From contig CAWJMB010000002.1 in the NCBI GenBank assembly GCA_963843845.1, positions 1,792,001 through 1,856,000 on the forward strand: a DNA stretch of 64,000 nt. The letters are read 5' to 3'. Shown in pieces: positions 27,721 to 38,094 of this stretch. The position numbers were made by a program, and so were the translations under genes. The DNA comes from an uncultured Gemmatimonadaceae bacterium. GTDB taxonomy: Bacteria; Gemmatimonadota; Gemmatimonadetes; Gemmatimonadales; Gemmatimonadaceae. Positions within the stretch are counted from its first letter, which is position 1; the number at the start of each line of letters is the position of its first letter. The notes beneath the pieces were generated by a model that saw only the letters and a program-made list of their open reading frames with translations, did not search any database and was not told where the DNA came from.

Positions 27721-29149
27721 ATGCGGAGCGGCTTTTTCCACGGACGCGCCCCGGGCGAGGTGGCGGTGATCGGGCTCGGTCGGAGTGGGCGGTCGGTCGC
27801 CGAGCTGCTCGCGCGTGACGGCCACCGCGTCTACGCTTCGGACGCAGGCGGCTCGGCCGCCGTGCACGATGCGGCGGCCGCGTTGGGCGCGCTCGGCGTC
27901 GCGGTCGACGTCGGTTCGCACGATCTCGCGCGTGTCGCACGGGCGGCGCTCGTCGTCGCGAGTCCGGGCGTGCCCCCGAGCGCGCCGCCGATCGTGGCCG
28001 CGAGCGACGCGCACGTCTCCGTCGTGGGCGAGATCGAGGTGGCGCTCGACTACCTCCCCGCCTTGCAGACGATCGCCGTCACCGGCACGAACGGAAAGAC
28101 GACGACGACGGCGCTCATCGGCCACCTGCTGCGCTCGTTGGGCCACGACGCGGTCGATGCCGGCAACATCGGCACGCCGCTCGCCGAGCTGGCGCTTCGT
28201 GACGCGCCCCCCGCGTGGGCCGCGCTCGAGCTGTCATCGTTTCAGCTGCACGACACGCCGAGCGTCCGGCCGACGGTCGGGGTCGTGACGAATCTGAGCC
28301 CCGACCACCTCGACCGCTACGCGTCGATCGATGCGTACTACGCCGACAAGGCGCTGCTGTTCGCCAACGCGACCGCCGCGTCGCGTTGGGTGCTGAACGC
28401 CGACGACCCCGACGTGTTCGGACTCTTCCGCCGCATTCCCGGCGCGCCGCCCACGTTGCCGGGCACGACGTTCGGGTTCAGCACCGCGACGACCGCGGCC
28501 TCGGCCTACTACGATCGTGTGGCGAACACGCTCGTGCTGCTCGAGGAGCCGCTGCTGGCGCGCGACGAGTTCGCGCTGCTGGGCGATCACAACGTCGCGA
28601 ACGCGCTCGCCGCGTCGCTCGCGGTGGCCGTCGCTCGTCCCGAGCACGCCACCGCCGCGGCGAGGACGCGCATCGCCGACGGGTTGCGGTCGTTCGGCGC
28701 GCTGTCGCACCGCATGGAACCCGTCGGCACGTACAGCGGCGTCGAGTGGATCAACGACTCGAAGGCGACCAATGTCGCGTCGACGCGCGTCGCGCTCGCG
28801 GGGATGCGGCGGCCGTACGTGCTGCTGCTGGGCGGCCGTCACAAGGGCGAGCCGTACACCGCGCTCGCCGAGCCGTTCGCCGCCTTCGGCACGACCGTAC
28901 TCGCCTACGGCGAGGCCGCGTCGATCATCCAGGAGGATCTCGGAGCGCTCGTTCGCGTCGAACGGATGGGCTCCTCGTTCGAGGACGTCATGCGTCGTGC
29001 GCGCGCAGCTCGCACCGTCCGGCGGCGCCGTACTGCTCTCGCCCGCGTGCTCGAGCTTCGACATGTTCGACAACTACGCGGAGCGCGGGGCCGAGTTCCG
29101 GCGCCTCGCCGCCGTCGTCTCGCAGGACGCGCAGGAGATGTCTCGATGA
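27721..29149 (+). CDS. murD: UDP-MurNAc-L-Ala:D-Glu ligase; frameshift near 29005
   Basis: SPGVP, TGTNGKTTT, ELSSFQL, NDSKATN; LLSPACSSFDMF in second frame. Confidence 0.95.
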
Positions 29150-30385
29150 GTGCAGCCGCCCGTCCGCAGCTCGACTCCGCCGCGTTGGGCAAGTACGACC
29201 GCCGCGCCGAAGTCCGCCCCGCGATCGCCGAGGTCCGCGAACGGTGGCGCATGCACGGGGCGGCGCGTGCGATGATCCTCGTGACGGCAGTGCTGCTCGC
29301 GTTCGGACTCGCGACGCTCTACAGCGCGAGCGCGATCGTCGCAGTGCAGGAGGGGAAGGCCGGCGCGTACTACCTGCTGAAGCAGCTCAGCGGCGCTGCG
29401 GTCGGCGTGGTCGTGTTCGCGATCGCCGCGAAAGTGGATGCGGAGCGCTGGCGGCGGTGGGCGTGGCCGCTCATGGCGGGTGCACTCGCGTTGATGCTGC
29501 TCACGGTACTCCCCTTCACCGAGCGCATCGCGCCGCGCATCCACGGGTCGCGCCGCTTTCTGTTGGGCGGATCGATCCAGCCGTCCGAGCTGGCGAAGTT
29601 CGCGGTCATCGTCTGGACGTCGATGTTGCTCGTGAAGAAGCAGGCGGACGGCACCCTGTCCCGGTTGTCGAAAGGGTTGCTGCCCTTCCTCGTCGTCGTC
29701 GGCTCGCTCGCCGTCCTCGCCGCACTCGAGCCGGACCTGTCGATCGCGATGACGTTCCTGCTCATCATGTCGATCATCCTGTTCGCCGGCGGCGTGCGCA
29801 TCGGCCACTTCATCGCGCTCGGGCGTGATGGCGATCCCGGTGTTGTGGCGGAAAGCCGAGGACTTGCAGTACGTCATGCTGCGGCTGAGCAGCTTCTTCG
29901 ACCCGGGGAAGCAGGCGACGGCCGACGTCAGCTTCCAGCTCAAGCAGTCGCTCGTCGCGGTGGGGTCGGGGGGCGTGTTCGGCGCCGGATTCGGGAAGGG
30001 GATGCAGCAGTACGGCTACCTCCCGTTTCCCTACTCCGACTTCATCGGCAGCAACATCGGCGAGGAGTGGGGCTTCGTCGGGCTCACCCTCCTCACGACC
30101 GCCTACGCGACCTACTGCTGGCTCGGCTTCCGGATCGCGCGCCAGGCGCGGACGCCGTTCCTGCGATACGTCGCGGTCGGGCTCACGACGACGATGGTGC
30201 TGACGGCGTACCTGCACATCGGCGTCGTCATCGGTCTGCTGCCGACGACGGGGCTCACGCTCCCGTTCATCTCGTACGGACGGTCGAATCTCGTGCTCTC
30301 GATGCTCATGACGGGCGTGCTCGTCAACATCGGCAGCGAGCGGCAGCGCGTCGTCGGTGAGCACGCGACCGACCCGTTCGCCTGA
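29146..30385 (+). CDS. ftsW: SEDS peptidoglycan glycosyltransferase; frameshift near 29822
   Basis: QPSELAK, EPDL, IGEEWGFVG, PTTGLTLPFISYGRS. Confidence 0.95.
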
Positions 30386-30397
30386 CGGATCGCGAAC

Positions 30398-31520
30398 GTG
30401 CGCATCTGGGTCACGGGGGGCGGCACCGGTGGACACCTCTACCCCGGCCTCGCGATCGCTCGCGCGATCGTGCGCGCGGACCCGCGCGTGCGGCCGTACT
30501 TCGTCGGCGCGCGGCGCGGGATCGAGCGCGACGTGCTGCCGACGACCGAGTTCCCGCACACGTTGCTCGACCTGCACCCGCTGTATCGCGCGCGCCCGTG
30601 GGAGAACTGGCGCACGCTGCGCGGCGCGGCCGGCGCGTGGCGCGCGTTAGGCACCGTCTACGAGGCCGAGCCACCTGCGGCGGTGATCGGGACGGGAGGA
30701 TACGCCGCCGGCCTGGCGCTGGCGTTCGGCGTCGCGCGCGGCGTGCCGATCATGTTGAACGAGGCGGACAGTCACCCCGGGCTCACGACGCGCGCATTCG
30801 CCCGGGTCGCGGCCGAGGTGTTCCTCGGCTTTCCGGAGGCCGCACGGCGGCTCGCCCCCGGGCGTGCGACACGGGTCGAGGCGTTCGGCAACCCCATCGA
30901 GCCACCGCCGCCGGTGCGTCCCGATCCCGCCGCCGCGCGTGCGGCGTGGGGGTTCCCCGCCGACGCGTTCGTCGTGCTGGTCGTCGGCGGAAGCCAGGGT
31001 GCGAGGGGAATCAACGCGGTGGTCGCGACACTCGCCGGGGCGGGCCTTCCGTCGCCGCTGCACCTCGTCTGGGCGACCGGCCGCACGCAGTACGACGAGT
31101 ACGCGCCGCTCGACGGCGCGTGCGAGGGGCGCGTGCGGGTGCGCCCGTATCTCGCGCCGATCGCCGACGCGTACGCGGCGGCTGACGTCGCGCTCACGCG
31201 AGCCGGCGCGATGACGATCGCGGAGCTCTGCGCGTGGGGCATTCCGAGCGTGCTCGTGCCGCTCCCGACGGCCGCCGCCGATCACCAGACGCACAACGCG
31301 CTCGACGATGGCCGCCGCCGGCGCGGCGGTGCATCTCCCGCAGGCCGAGCTGTCGGCCGCCTCGCTCGTCGCGCTCCTCTCCGGTCTCGCCACGGACGGG
31401 CCGCGCCGGTCGGCGATGGCGTCTGCGGCCGCCGCGCGCGGCCGTCCGGACGCGGCCGCGCGCATCGCCGGTCGCGTGCTCGAGCGTATCGCCGCGACGC
31501 GGTCGGCCCGCTCACCTTGA
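30398..31520 (+). CDS. murG: Lipid I GlcNAc transferase; frameshift near 31305
   Basis: GGGTGGHLYP, GGY, GNP, GGSQGA, RAGAMTIAE, DHQTHNA. Confidence 0.96.
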
Positions 31521-31559
31521 GGGCGTCGAACGCGCCGCCCATATTCCGCGCCCGCTCCC

Positions 31560-32975
31560 ATGTCTCTGCTCCTCGCCGCCGATCCGCGTCCTGTCCACTT
31601 CGTCGGCATCTCCGGCGCCGGGATGAGCGCGCTCGCCGAGCTGTTCGCGCGGCGCGGAGCGGCGGTGACCGGCTGCGACGCGCACCCGTCGCATACCGAC
31701 GACCTTCGCCGGCTCGGCGTCGAGGTCACCGCGGGCCATGACCCGCACCACGTCGTCGGCGCACGGGCCGTCGTGGTCACGTCGGCGATGCCGAAGAATC
31801 ATCCGGAGCTCGACGCCGCGCGCGCGGAGGGGATTCCGGTGATTCGCCGCGCCGAGGCGCTCGCGGAAGCGACGGCCGGGGGGACGCTCGTCGGCGTCTC
31901 GGGTACGCACGGCAAGACGACGACGACGGTGCTGACGACCGAGGCGCTCGCGGCCGCCGGGCTGTTGCCGATCGGTGTCGCCGGGGGTCGCGTCGGACGC
32001 TGGGGGGGCAACCTGTTCGTCGCCGATGGCACCGGCGCCACGCCGCTCTTCGTCGTCGAGGCCGACGAATACGATCGCTCGTTCCTCGCGCTCACGCCGA
32101 CGGTCGCCGTGGTCAACAACGTCGAGGCCGACCATCTCGACATCTACCGCGACCTCGACGACATCCGGGGCGCGTTCACGACGTTCGCGCGCCGCGCTCG
32201 CTTCGTCGTCGCGAACGCCGACGATCCGATCGCGCGCGCCCTGCCATACACCGCGTCCTCCGAAGTCGTCCGCTTCGGCATCGCGCGCGATGGCGACGTG
32301 TCGCCCGACGCGCGACTCGTCGCGCGAAACGTTCGCGTGGAGCAGGGCGGTGCGCGGTTCGACGTCGTCTACGACGGCAAGCCGCTCGGTGCCGTCGCTC
32401 TCCGCGTGCCAGGAGACCACAACGTTCGCAACGCGCTCGCCGCGATCGGGGTCGGGCTGCTGTTGGGCGCCGACCTCGACGCGATGCGGCCCGGGCTGGA
32501 GTCGTTCGGCGGCGTCGAGCGACGCTTCCAGCGACTCGGCGCGCGTGGCGGCGTCGACGTGATCGACGACTACGCGCATCATCCCACGGAAGTCGCCGCG
32601 ACACTCGCCGCGGCGCGTGCGGCCTATCCGGGGCGCCGCATCGTCGCCGCCTTCCAGCCGCATCTCTACAGCCGGACGCGCGATTTCGCCGCCGAGTTCG
32701 CGCGAGCGTTAGGCGCCGCGGACGCGGTGTTCGTCACGGAGATCTATCCCGCGCGCGAGCAGCCGATCGCCGGCGTGACGACGTCGCTCATCGCGGACGC
32801 GGCGCTCGACGTGGGGCGGCCGGTGACGTGGCGCGGCGAGCGCGGCACACTCGCGGACGCGCTGGCCGCCCACGCCCTGCCCGGCGACGTCGTCCTGACG
32901 CTGGGCGCCGGCGACATCACGCTCACCGGTGCGGAGTTGCTCGCGCGGCTCGGCGCGTCGGCGCCGTCGGCCTGA
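31560..32975 (+). CDS. murC: UDP-MurNAc:L-Ala ligase
   Basis: HFVGISGAGMS, GTHGKTTTT, EADEYD, DDYAHHPTE, FQPHLYSRT. Confidence 0.97.
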   Translation: MSLLLAADPRPVHFVGISGAGMSALAELFARRGAAVTGCDAHPSHTDDLRRLGVEVTAGHDPHHVVGARAVVVTSAMPKNHPELDAARAEGIPVIRRAEALAEATAGGTLVGVSGTHGKTTTTVLTTEALAAAGLLPIGVAGGRVGRWGGNLFVADGTGATPLFVVEADEYDRSFLALTPTVAVVNNVEADHLDIYRDLDDIRGAFTTFARRARFVVANADDPIARALPYTASSEVVRFGIARDGDVSPDARLVARNVRVEQGGARFDVVYDGKPLGAVALRVPGDHNVRNALAAIGVGLLLGADLDAMRPGLESFGGVERRFQRLGARGGVDVIDDYAHHPTEVAATLAAARAAYPGRRIVAAFQPHLYSRTRDFAAEFARALGAADAVFVTEIYPAREQPIAGVTTSLIADAALDVGRPVTWRGERGTLADALAAHALPGDVVLTLGAGDITLTGAELLARLGASAPSA

Positions 32976-32985
32976 GCACGCCGCC

Positions 32986-33837
32986 GTGAGCGCATCCTTC
33001 CGGGCGACGGCGTTCGCCGACGAGTCGATCGACGAGCTCGAGCCCGCGCCGCCGCGGCGCCGCGGTCGTGTCTCGGAGGCGGCCGGCGACGAGGTCGAGT
33101 CGCCGCCGCGTCCGCGCTGGCGACGGCGCCTGACGATCGCGGCCGCGCTCGCCGTCGCCGCCGCGCTCGCCACGACGCCGACGTGGGTGCCGCCGCTGCT
33201 CGCGCGCCTGACGTTCTTTCACGTGCGCCGCGTCGAGATCGACGGCGCCCGCTACGCGCCCCCCGCGGAGCTGCTCGCGCGCCTGCGGGTCGACACGACG
33301 TGGTCGGTATGGTCGGATCTCGCGCTGCTCGCGCGTCGCGCCGAGTCGCACCCGCTCGTCGCGTCCGCGAGTGTCGAGCGCCGCCTGCCGGGCACGTTGC
33401 GGGTGTCGATCGCCGAGCGCGTGCCGGTGGCGATGACTCCGACGCGCGACGGCCTCGCCGTCGTCGACGTCGACGGGCGGCTGCTCCCGATCGACCCGAG
33501 CCGGAGCGGCGGCGTCGACGTCCCCGTGGTGACGGGCGGCGATACGGCGACGCTTCGCATGATCGCGGCGATTCGCGCCGAGGCCCCCGCGCTCTACCGC
33601 CGGATGAGCGACATCCGTCGACGCGGCGGTCGCGACGTGCGCATCACGCTCGCCGCAGCGAGCGATGCCGCGCCTGGCGCGTCGCGTGCGAGCGTCGTCG
33701 TGCTCGCGAACACCGATCTCACCGCGGCGCGTCTCGACGACCTGCTCCCGGTCGAGCGTGACCTCGCGCGTCGCCGCACTCGCGCGGCTGAGTTCGACCT
33801 CCGCTTCCGTGACCAGGTCATCGCACGACTGCCATGA
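32986..33837 (+). CDS. ftsQ: Cell division protein FtsQ
   Basis: TM helix, POTRA-like (VERRLPGTL..ERVP), C-terminal DLRF; between murC and ftsA. Confidence 0.88.
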   Translation: MSASFRATAFADESIDELEPAPPRRRGRVSEAAGDEVESPPRPRWRRRLTIAAALAVAAALATTPTWVPPLLARLTFFHVRRVEIDGARYAPPAELLARLRVDTTWSVWSDLALLARRAESHPLVASASVERRLPGTLRVSIAERVPVAMTPTRDGLAVVDVDGRLLPIDPSRSGGVDVPVVTGGDTATLRMIAAIRAEAPALYRRMSDIRRRGGRDVRITLAAASDAAPGASRASVVVLANTDLTAARLDDLLPVERDLARRRTRAAEFDLRFRDQVIARLP

Positions 33838-35090
33838 AGAACGAACGGATCGTCACGGGACTGGACGTCGGATCGGCGAAGACGACGGCGATCATCGCCG
33901 AGGTCGTCGGCGAGATGCCGAAGCGTCCGGGGATTCGCATCCTGGGCGTCGGCGAGGCGCGCACGACGGGAATGCGGCGTGGTGTGGTCGCGGACATCGA
34001 AGAGACGACGCGCTCCGTGCGCGCCGCGCTCGACGACGCCGAGCGCAAGTCGGGGATCAAGGCCGACGGTGCCTACGTCGGCATCGCCGGCGAGCACGTG
34101 CGCGCGATGACGAGCCAGGGGATCGTCGCCGTGGCGAGCCCCGAGATCACGAAGGCCGACGTCGACCGGGTGAACGGCGTCGCACGTGCGCAGGCGATGC
34201 CGCAGGATCGTGAGCTGCTGCACGCCATTCCGCAGGAGTACGAGGTCGATCGCGGCGGCGGCATCCAGGATCCGATCGGGATGACCGGGATGCGGCTCGA
34301 AGCGGAGATGTACCTCGTGACGATCGGCGCGTCGCCGGCGACGAACCTGCGCAAGAGCGTCGAGCGCGCGCAGTGCCGCGTGCGAGAGCTCGTGCTCGAA
34401 CCGCTGGCCAGCGCCCTCAGCGTCCTCACCGACGACGAGAAGGAGTTGGGGGTCGCGCTCGTCGAGCTGGGCGCGGGCTCGACCGACGTCGCCGTCTTCC
34501 ATGACGGCAAGATCCGACACCTCGCCACGATCGCCTTCGGCGGAGCGCACGTCACGAACGATCTCGTTCACGGACTCGGACTCACGCAACAGGACGCCGA
34601 GCAATTGAAGGAGCAGTTCGGCGTGGCGCTCGAGTCGCTCGTGGATCCGAAAGAAGTGATCGAGGTGCCGGCGACCGCGACGCATGGCGTGCGGCAGATT
34701 CCGCGCGAGCTGATCGCGCACATCGTGCATCAGCGGCTCGACGAGATCTTCGACCTCGTGCAGCGAAGTGCGACGGGCGCGTCGGGCGGCGGGCGGCTGG
34801 CCGGCGGCGTCGTCGTCACCGGCGGCGGCGCGGCGATGCCGGGCGTCGTCGAGCTGGCACGGGACGTGTTCGGCACGAACGCACGCGTCGGGGTGCCGGG
34901 CGATCACGTGACGGGGCTGCGCGACGACGTCGAGGGACCACAGTACGCGACTGTGCTGGGGCTTGCGCTCTATGGGGCGTCGCGCGCGGCGCTCGGCGGC
35001 GGTGTCGGCGTCAAGCGTCCACCGCTGTGGGAGCCGGGTGTGGACAAGTGGGCGCAGCGTGTCAAGCTCTGGTTGCAGGACTTTTTCTAA
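33834..35090 (+). CDS. ftsA: Cell division protein FtsA
   Basis: GLDVGSAK, P.GMTG.RLE, ELGAGST, VTGGGA, amphipathic end WLQDFF. Confidence 0.97.
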   Translation: MKNERIVTGLDVGSAKTTAIIAEVVGEMPKRPGIRILGVGEARTTGMRRGVVADIEETTRSVRAALDDAERKSGIKADGAYVGIAGEHVRAMTSQGIVAVASPEITKADVDRVNGVARAQAMPQDRELLHAIPQEYEVDRGGGIQDPIGMTGMRLEAEMYLVTIGASPATNLRKSVERAQCRVRELVLEPLASALSVLTDDEKELGVALVELGAGSTDVAVFHDGKIRHLATIAFGGAHVTNDLVHGLGLTQQDAEQLKEQFGVALESLVDPKEVIEVPATATHGVRQIPRELIAHIVHQRLDEIFDLVQRSATGASGGGRLAGGVVVTGGGAAMPGVVELARDVFGTNARVGVPGDHVTGLRDDVEGPQYATVLGLALYGASRAALGGGVGVKRPPLWEPGVDKWAQRVKLWLQDFF

Positions 35091-35351
35091 CGCTCCCCAC
35101 ACGGCACGACAACTGTCGCCACAGTCGGTCCCGACGACAGTCACAGATGTCATCGCACTGTCAACGTCGGCGGGCGTGTCACTCGAAAGTGACGCAGTAG
35201 CCGCGACGAGAAGTCGCGTTATATTTTCGCTCCCGCCGGTGTACGCTCGCGACGACGCCTCCCCCCCGCGTAGAGTCGCTCCGCCGCGCAGAACGCCGGC
35301 AATCGGCATCGCTCGATCCACCTGTCCACGCGTAGCTGGAGTCGTGTCCGC

Positions 35352-36560
35352 ATGATCTTCGAACTCGAGGAGAGCGCCTCGCAGAACGCCCGCATGAAGG
35401 TGGTGGGCGTCGGCGGCGGTGGCGGCAACGCCGTCAATCGCATGATCGACGAGCACCTCGAAGGCGTCGAGTTCATCTCGGTGAACACCGACGCGCAAGC
35501 GCTCCTCAGTTCCAAGTCCGACGTCAAGATCCAGATCGGCAAGAAGCTCACGCGCGGACTCGGCGCGGGGGCGCGCCCGGAGATCGGGCGACAGGCGATC
35601 GACGAGAGCCGCGAGGAGATGTTGCGCGTGCTGCAGAACGCGGATCTCGTGTTCATCACCTGTGGCATGGGCGGTGGCACCGGAACCGGCGCTGCACCGG
35701 TCGTGTGCGAGCTCGCCCGCGAGGCGGGTGCGCTCACCGTCGGCATCGTGACGAAGCCCTTCCTCTTCGAAGGGCGCAAGCGGATGCGTCAGGCCGAGCA
35801 CGGCATCGCCGAGATGCGCAAGAACGTCGACACGATGATCGTGGTGCCTAACGAGCGCCTGCTCGCCGTCGTCGGCAAGGGCATTCCCTTCCAGGACGCG
35901 CTGAAGAAGGCCGACGAAGTGCTGCTGCAGGCGACGCAGGGCATCAGCTCGCTCATCAGCGTCACCGGGCTCGTCAACGTCGACTTCGCGGACGTGCGCA
36001 CCGTCATGCAGAACGGCGGCTCGGCGCTCATGGGAACGGGGCTCGGCCGCGGCGAGAACCGCGCGACGGAGGCCGCGCAGCACGCCATCGCGTCGCCCCT
36101 GCTCGACAACGTGTCGGTGTCCGGCGCGAGCGGGGTGCTCGTGAACATCACGGGCGGCAACGACCTCACGCTCGGCGAGGTGCATCAGATCAACGAGATC
36201 GTGCACGACGCCGTCGGCGACGACGCGGAGATCATCTTCGGCGCGGTGCACGAGCCGGCGATGCAGGGCGAGATCCGCGTCACCGTGATCGCGACCGGCT
36301 TCGATCGGCAGCTGCAGGTCGGGGTGCCCGAGCCGGTGCGCACCGCTCCGCAGAACGTCATTCCGTTCAACCGCGACGCGGCGCGCGATCGCGCGGCCGG
36401 CCCCGCCGGTGCTGCCGGTCGGGGGTTCGCCGGGCGCCCGCCGAGCGCCGTGGCCGAGCCGGGGCGGCCGCGTTCGATCACGCCGGTCGAGCGGTCGGCG
36501 GCGCCCGCCAACGTCGACGACATGGAGATCCCGACGTTCATTCGTCGGCAGATGGATTGA
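35352..36560 (+). CDS. ftsZ: Cell division protein FtsZ
   Basis: [26 protein letters not shown]-terminal EIPTFIRRQ. Confidence 0.99.
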   Translation: MIFELEESASQNARMKVVGVGGGGGNAVNRMIDEHLEGVEFISVNTDAQALLSSKSDVKIQIGKKLTRGLGAGARPEIGRQAIDESREEMLRVLQNADLVFITCGMGGGTGTGAAPVVCELAREAGALTVGIVTKPFLFEGRKRMRQAEHGIAEMRKNVDTMIVVPNERLLAVVGKGIPFQDALKKADEVLLQATQGISSLISVTGLVNVDFADVRTVMQNGGSALMGTGLGRGENRATEAAQHAIASPLLDNVSVSGASGVLVNITGGNDLTLGEVHQINEIVHDAVGDDAEIIFGAVHEPAMQGEIRVTVIATGFDRQLQVGVPEPVRTAPQNVIPFNRDAARDRAAGPAGAAGRGFAGRPPSAVAEPGRPRSITPVERSAAPANVDDMEIPTFIRRQMD

Positions 36561-36753
36561 CCGCCGCGCGACCTGGGCGCCGGCGAGCGCCTCGTCGAGC
36601 CGCGTGACTCCGGATCGACGCCGCTCGTCGACTTGGAGTACAAGTTCCGCGGGGCAGTTGCGAGTCGCGACGCAGAGCGCTAGGCTCAGCGGTTGCCCCG
36701 TCGCCGCGCGACGTCCCGCCAGCCGTCTCCCCCCGCCTCCTCGACTGGTGCCC

Positions 36754-38091
36754 GTGCTCCATCAGAACGGCGCCTCGCCCCTGCAACAGCCCGCGCGAGC
36801 GCCGCGTCGCGCGCAGTCCGTTCGCCGGGCGCGTGCCGCGACGTACCTCGTCGTCGCCGGCGCGGCCGCGATCGCCGTGTACCTGACGCCAGCGGCGCCG
36901 ACGGTCCCCGACGCCATGACGGTGTTGGGTGATTCGGCGGTCGCGCCGCCCGTGCCAGCGTGGCGCGCCCGGATCGACACGCTCGGGAAGGGGGAGACGC
37001 TCGTCGGCCTGCTGCAGCGTGCCGGCGTGGCGCGCGTGCACGCCGCCGAGGCGCTCCGCGCGGCAGGCGATGCCCGCTCGCTGCCGGCCGGCGTGCGCGT
37101 GACCACCGTCGCGCGGACCGGCGACTCGCTCGCGACCGAGATCACGTACAAGCCGGCGGTCGACCGCGTCGTGCACTTGCAGTTTCTCTCCGGCGCGTGG
37201 CAGCGCTTCGAACAGAAGCTCGCCTGGAAGACCGACACGGTCGTCGCGCGGAGCGCGATCACGTCGAGCTTGAACGACGCGCTGCATACGGCATTCGGAG
37301 ACCGGCTGCCGCGCGCGCAGCGGTCGGCGGTGGTCTGGAAGCTCGCCGACATCTTCGAGTACCGCGTCGACGTGAGCCACGACTTGCAACCGGGCGACTC
37401 GGTGCGGGTGCTCGTCGAGCGCAGAGTCGATCCCGAAGGGCAGGCTCGCGAATCGCGGATCCTCGCGGCGAGTCTGTCGGTGAACGGAAAGGACGTCGAC
37501 GCGATCCGCTACGAGCGGAAGGCGGGAAGCGCCGCATTCTTCGACCAGTACGGCAAGTCGTTGCGCGCCGCGTTCCTGCGCGCGCCGCTCGAGTTCCGTC
37601 GAGTGTCGAGCGTGTTCGGGATGCGCAATCATCCGGTGTTGGGCACCTGGCGCATGCACAAGGGAACCGACTACGCCGCCGCGTCGGGCACGCCGGTTCG
37701 CACGATCGGCGACGGCACCGTCCTCTTCGCCGGGCGGAAATCGGGTTTCGGCAACGTCGTCGAAGTGCGCCACGCGAACGGCTACGTCAGTCGATACGGG
37801 CATCTGCGCGGGTTCGGCAAAGGTGTTCGTCGTGGCACCTCCGTCGCCATCGGCCGGACGATCGGTTACGTCGGCATGACAGGGCTCGCGACGGCGCCGC
37901 ATCTGCACTTCGAGATGCTCGTCGACGGCGTGCAGCGCGATCCACGCAAGGCGCTGCGCGACAAGCTCGCGGAGCCGATTCCGACGCGCGAGAAGGGGTC
38001 GTTCGCCGCGCTCCGCTCGCGCCTGCTGAATGCCCTCGGCCTCGACGCGCAGCCGGCAGTCGCTGCGGCGCGCGTCGCCGCGACGAACTAG
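36754..38091 (+). CDS. M23-family peptidoglycan endopeptidase (MepM-like); start uncertain
   Basis: N-terminal TM, HKGTDY, YGHL, PHLHFE. Confidence 0.9.
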   Translation: MLHQNGASPLQQPARAPRRAQSVRRARAATYLVVAGAAAIAVYLTPAAPTVPDAMTVLGDSAVAPPVPAWRARIDTLGKGETLVGLLQRAGVARVHAAEALRAAGDARSLPAGVRVTTVARTGDSLATEITYKPAVDRVVHLQFLSGAWQRFEQKLAWKTDTVVARSAITSSLNDALHTAFGDRLPRAQRSAVVWKLADIFEYRVDVSHDLQPGDSVRVLVERRVDPEGQARESRILAASLSVNGKDVDAIRYERKAGSAAFFDQYGKSLRAAFLRAPLEFRRVSSVFGMRNHPVLGTWRMHKGTDYAAASGTPVRTIGDGTVLFAGRKSGFGNVVEVRHANGYVSRYGHLRGFGKGVRRGTSVAIGRTIGYVGMTGLATAPHLHFEMLVDGVQRDPRKALRDKLAEPIPTREKGSFAALRSRLLNALGLDAQPAVAAARVAATN

Positions 38092-38094
38092 CCG

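Noticed and set aside
27721..30360. 879-aa apparent MurD-FtsW fusion
   Set aside because: Produced by an indel near 29005; the true murD C-terminus and stop (29149) are in another frame, overlapping the ftsW ATG
33594..36251. Long antisense ORFs (for example 885 aa opposite ftsA/ftsZ, 754 aa opposite cheA, 707 aa opposite the TPR gene)
   Set aside because: Typical stop-poor shadow frames of high-GC coding DNA with no recognisable motifs
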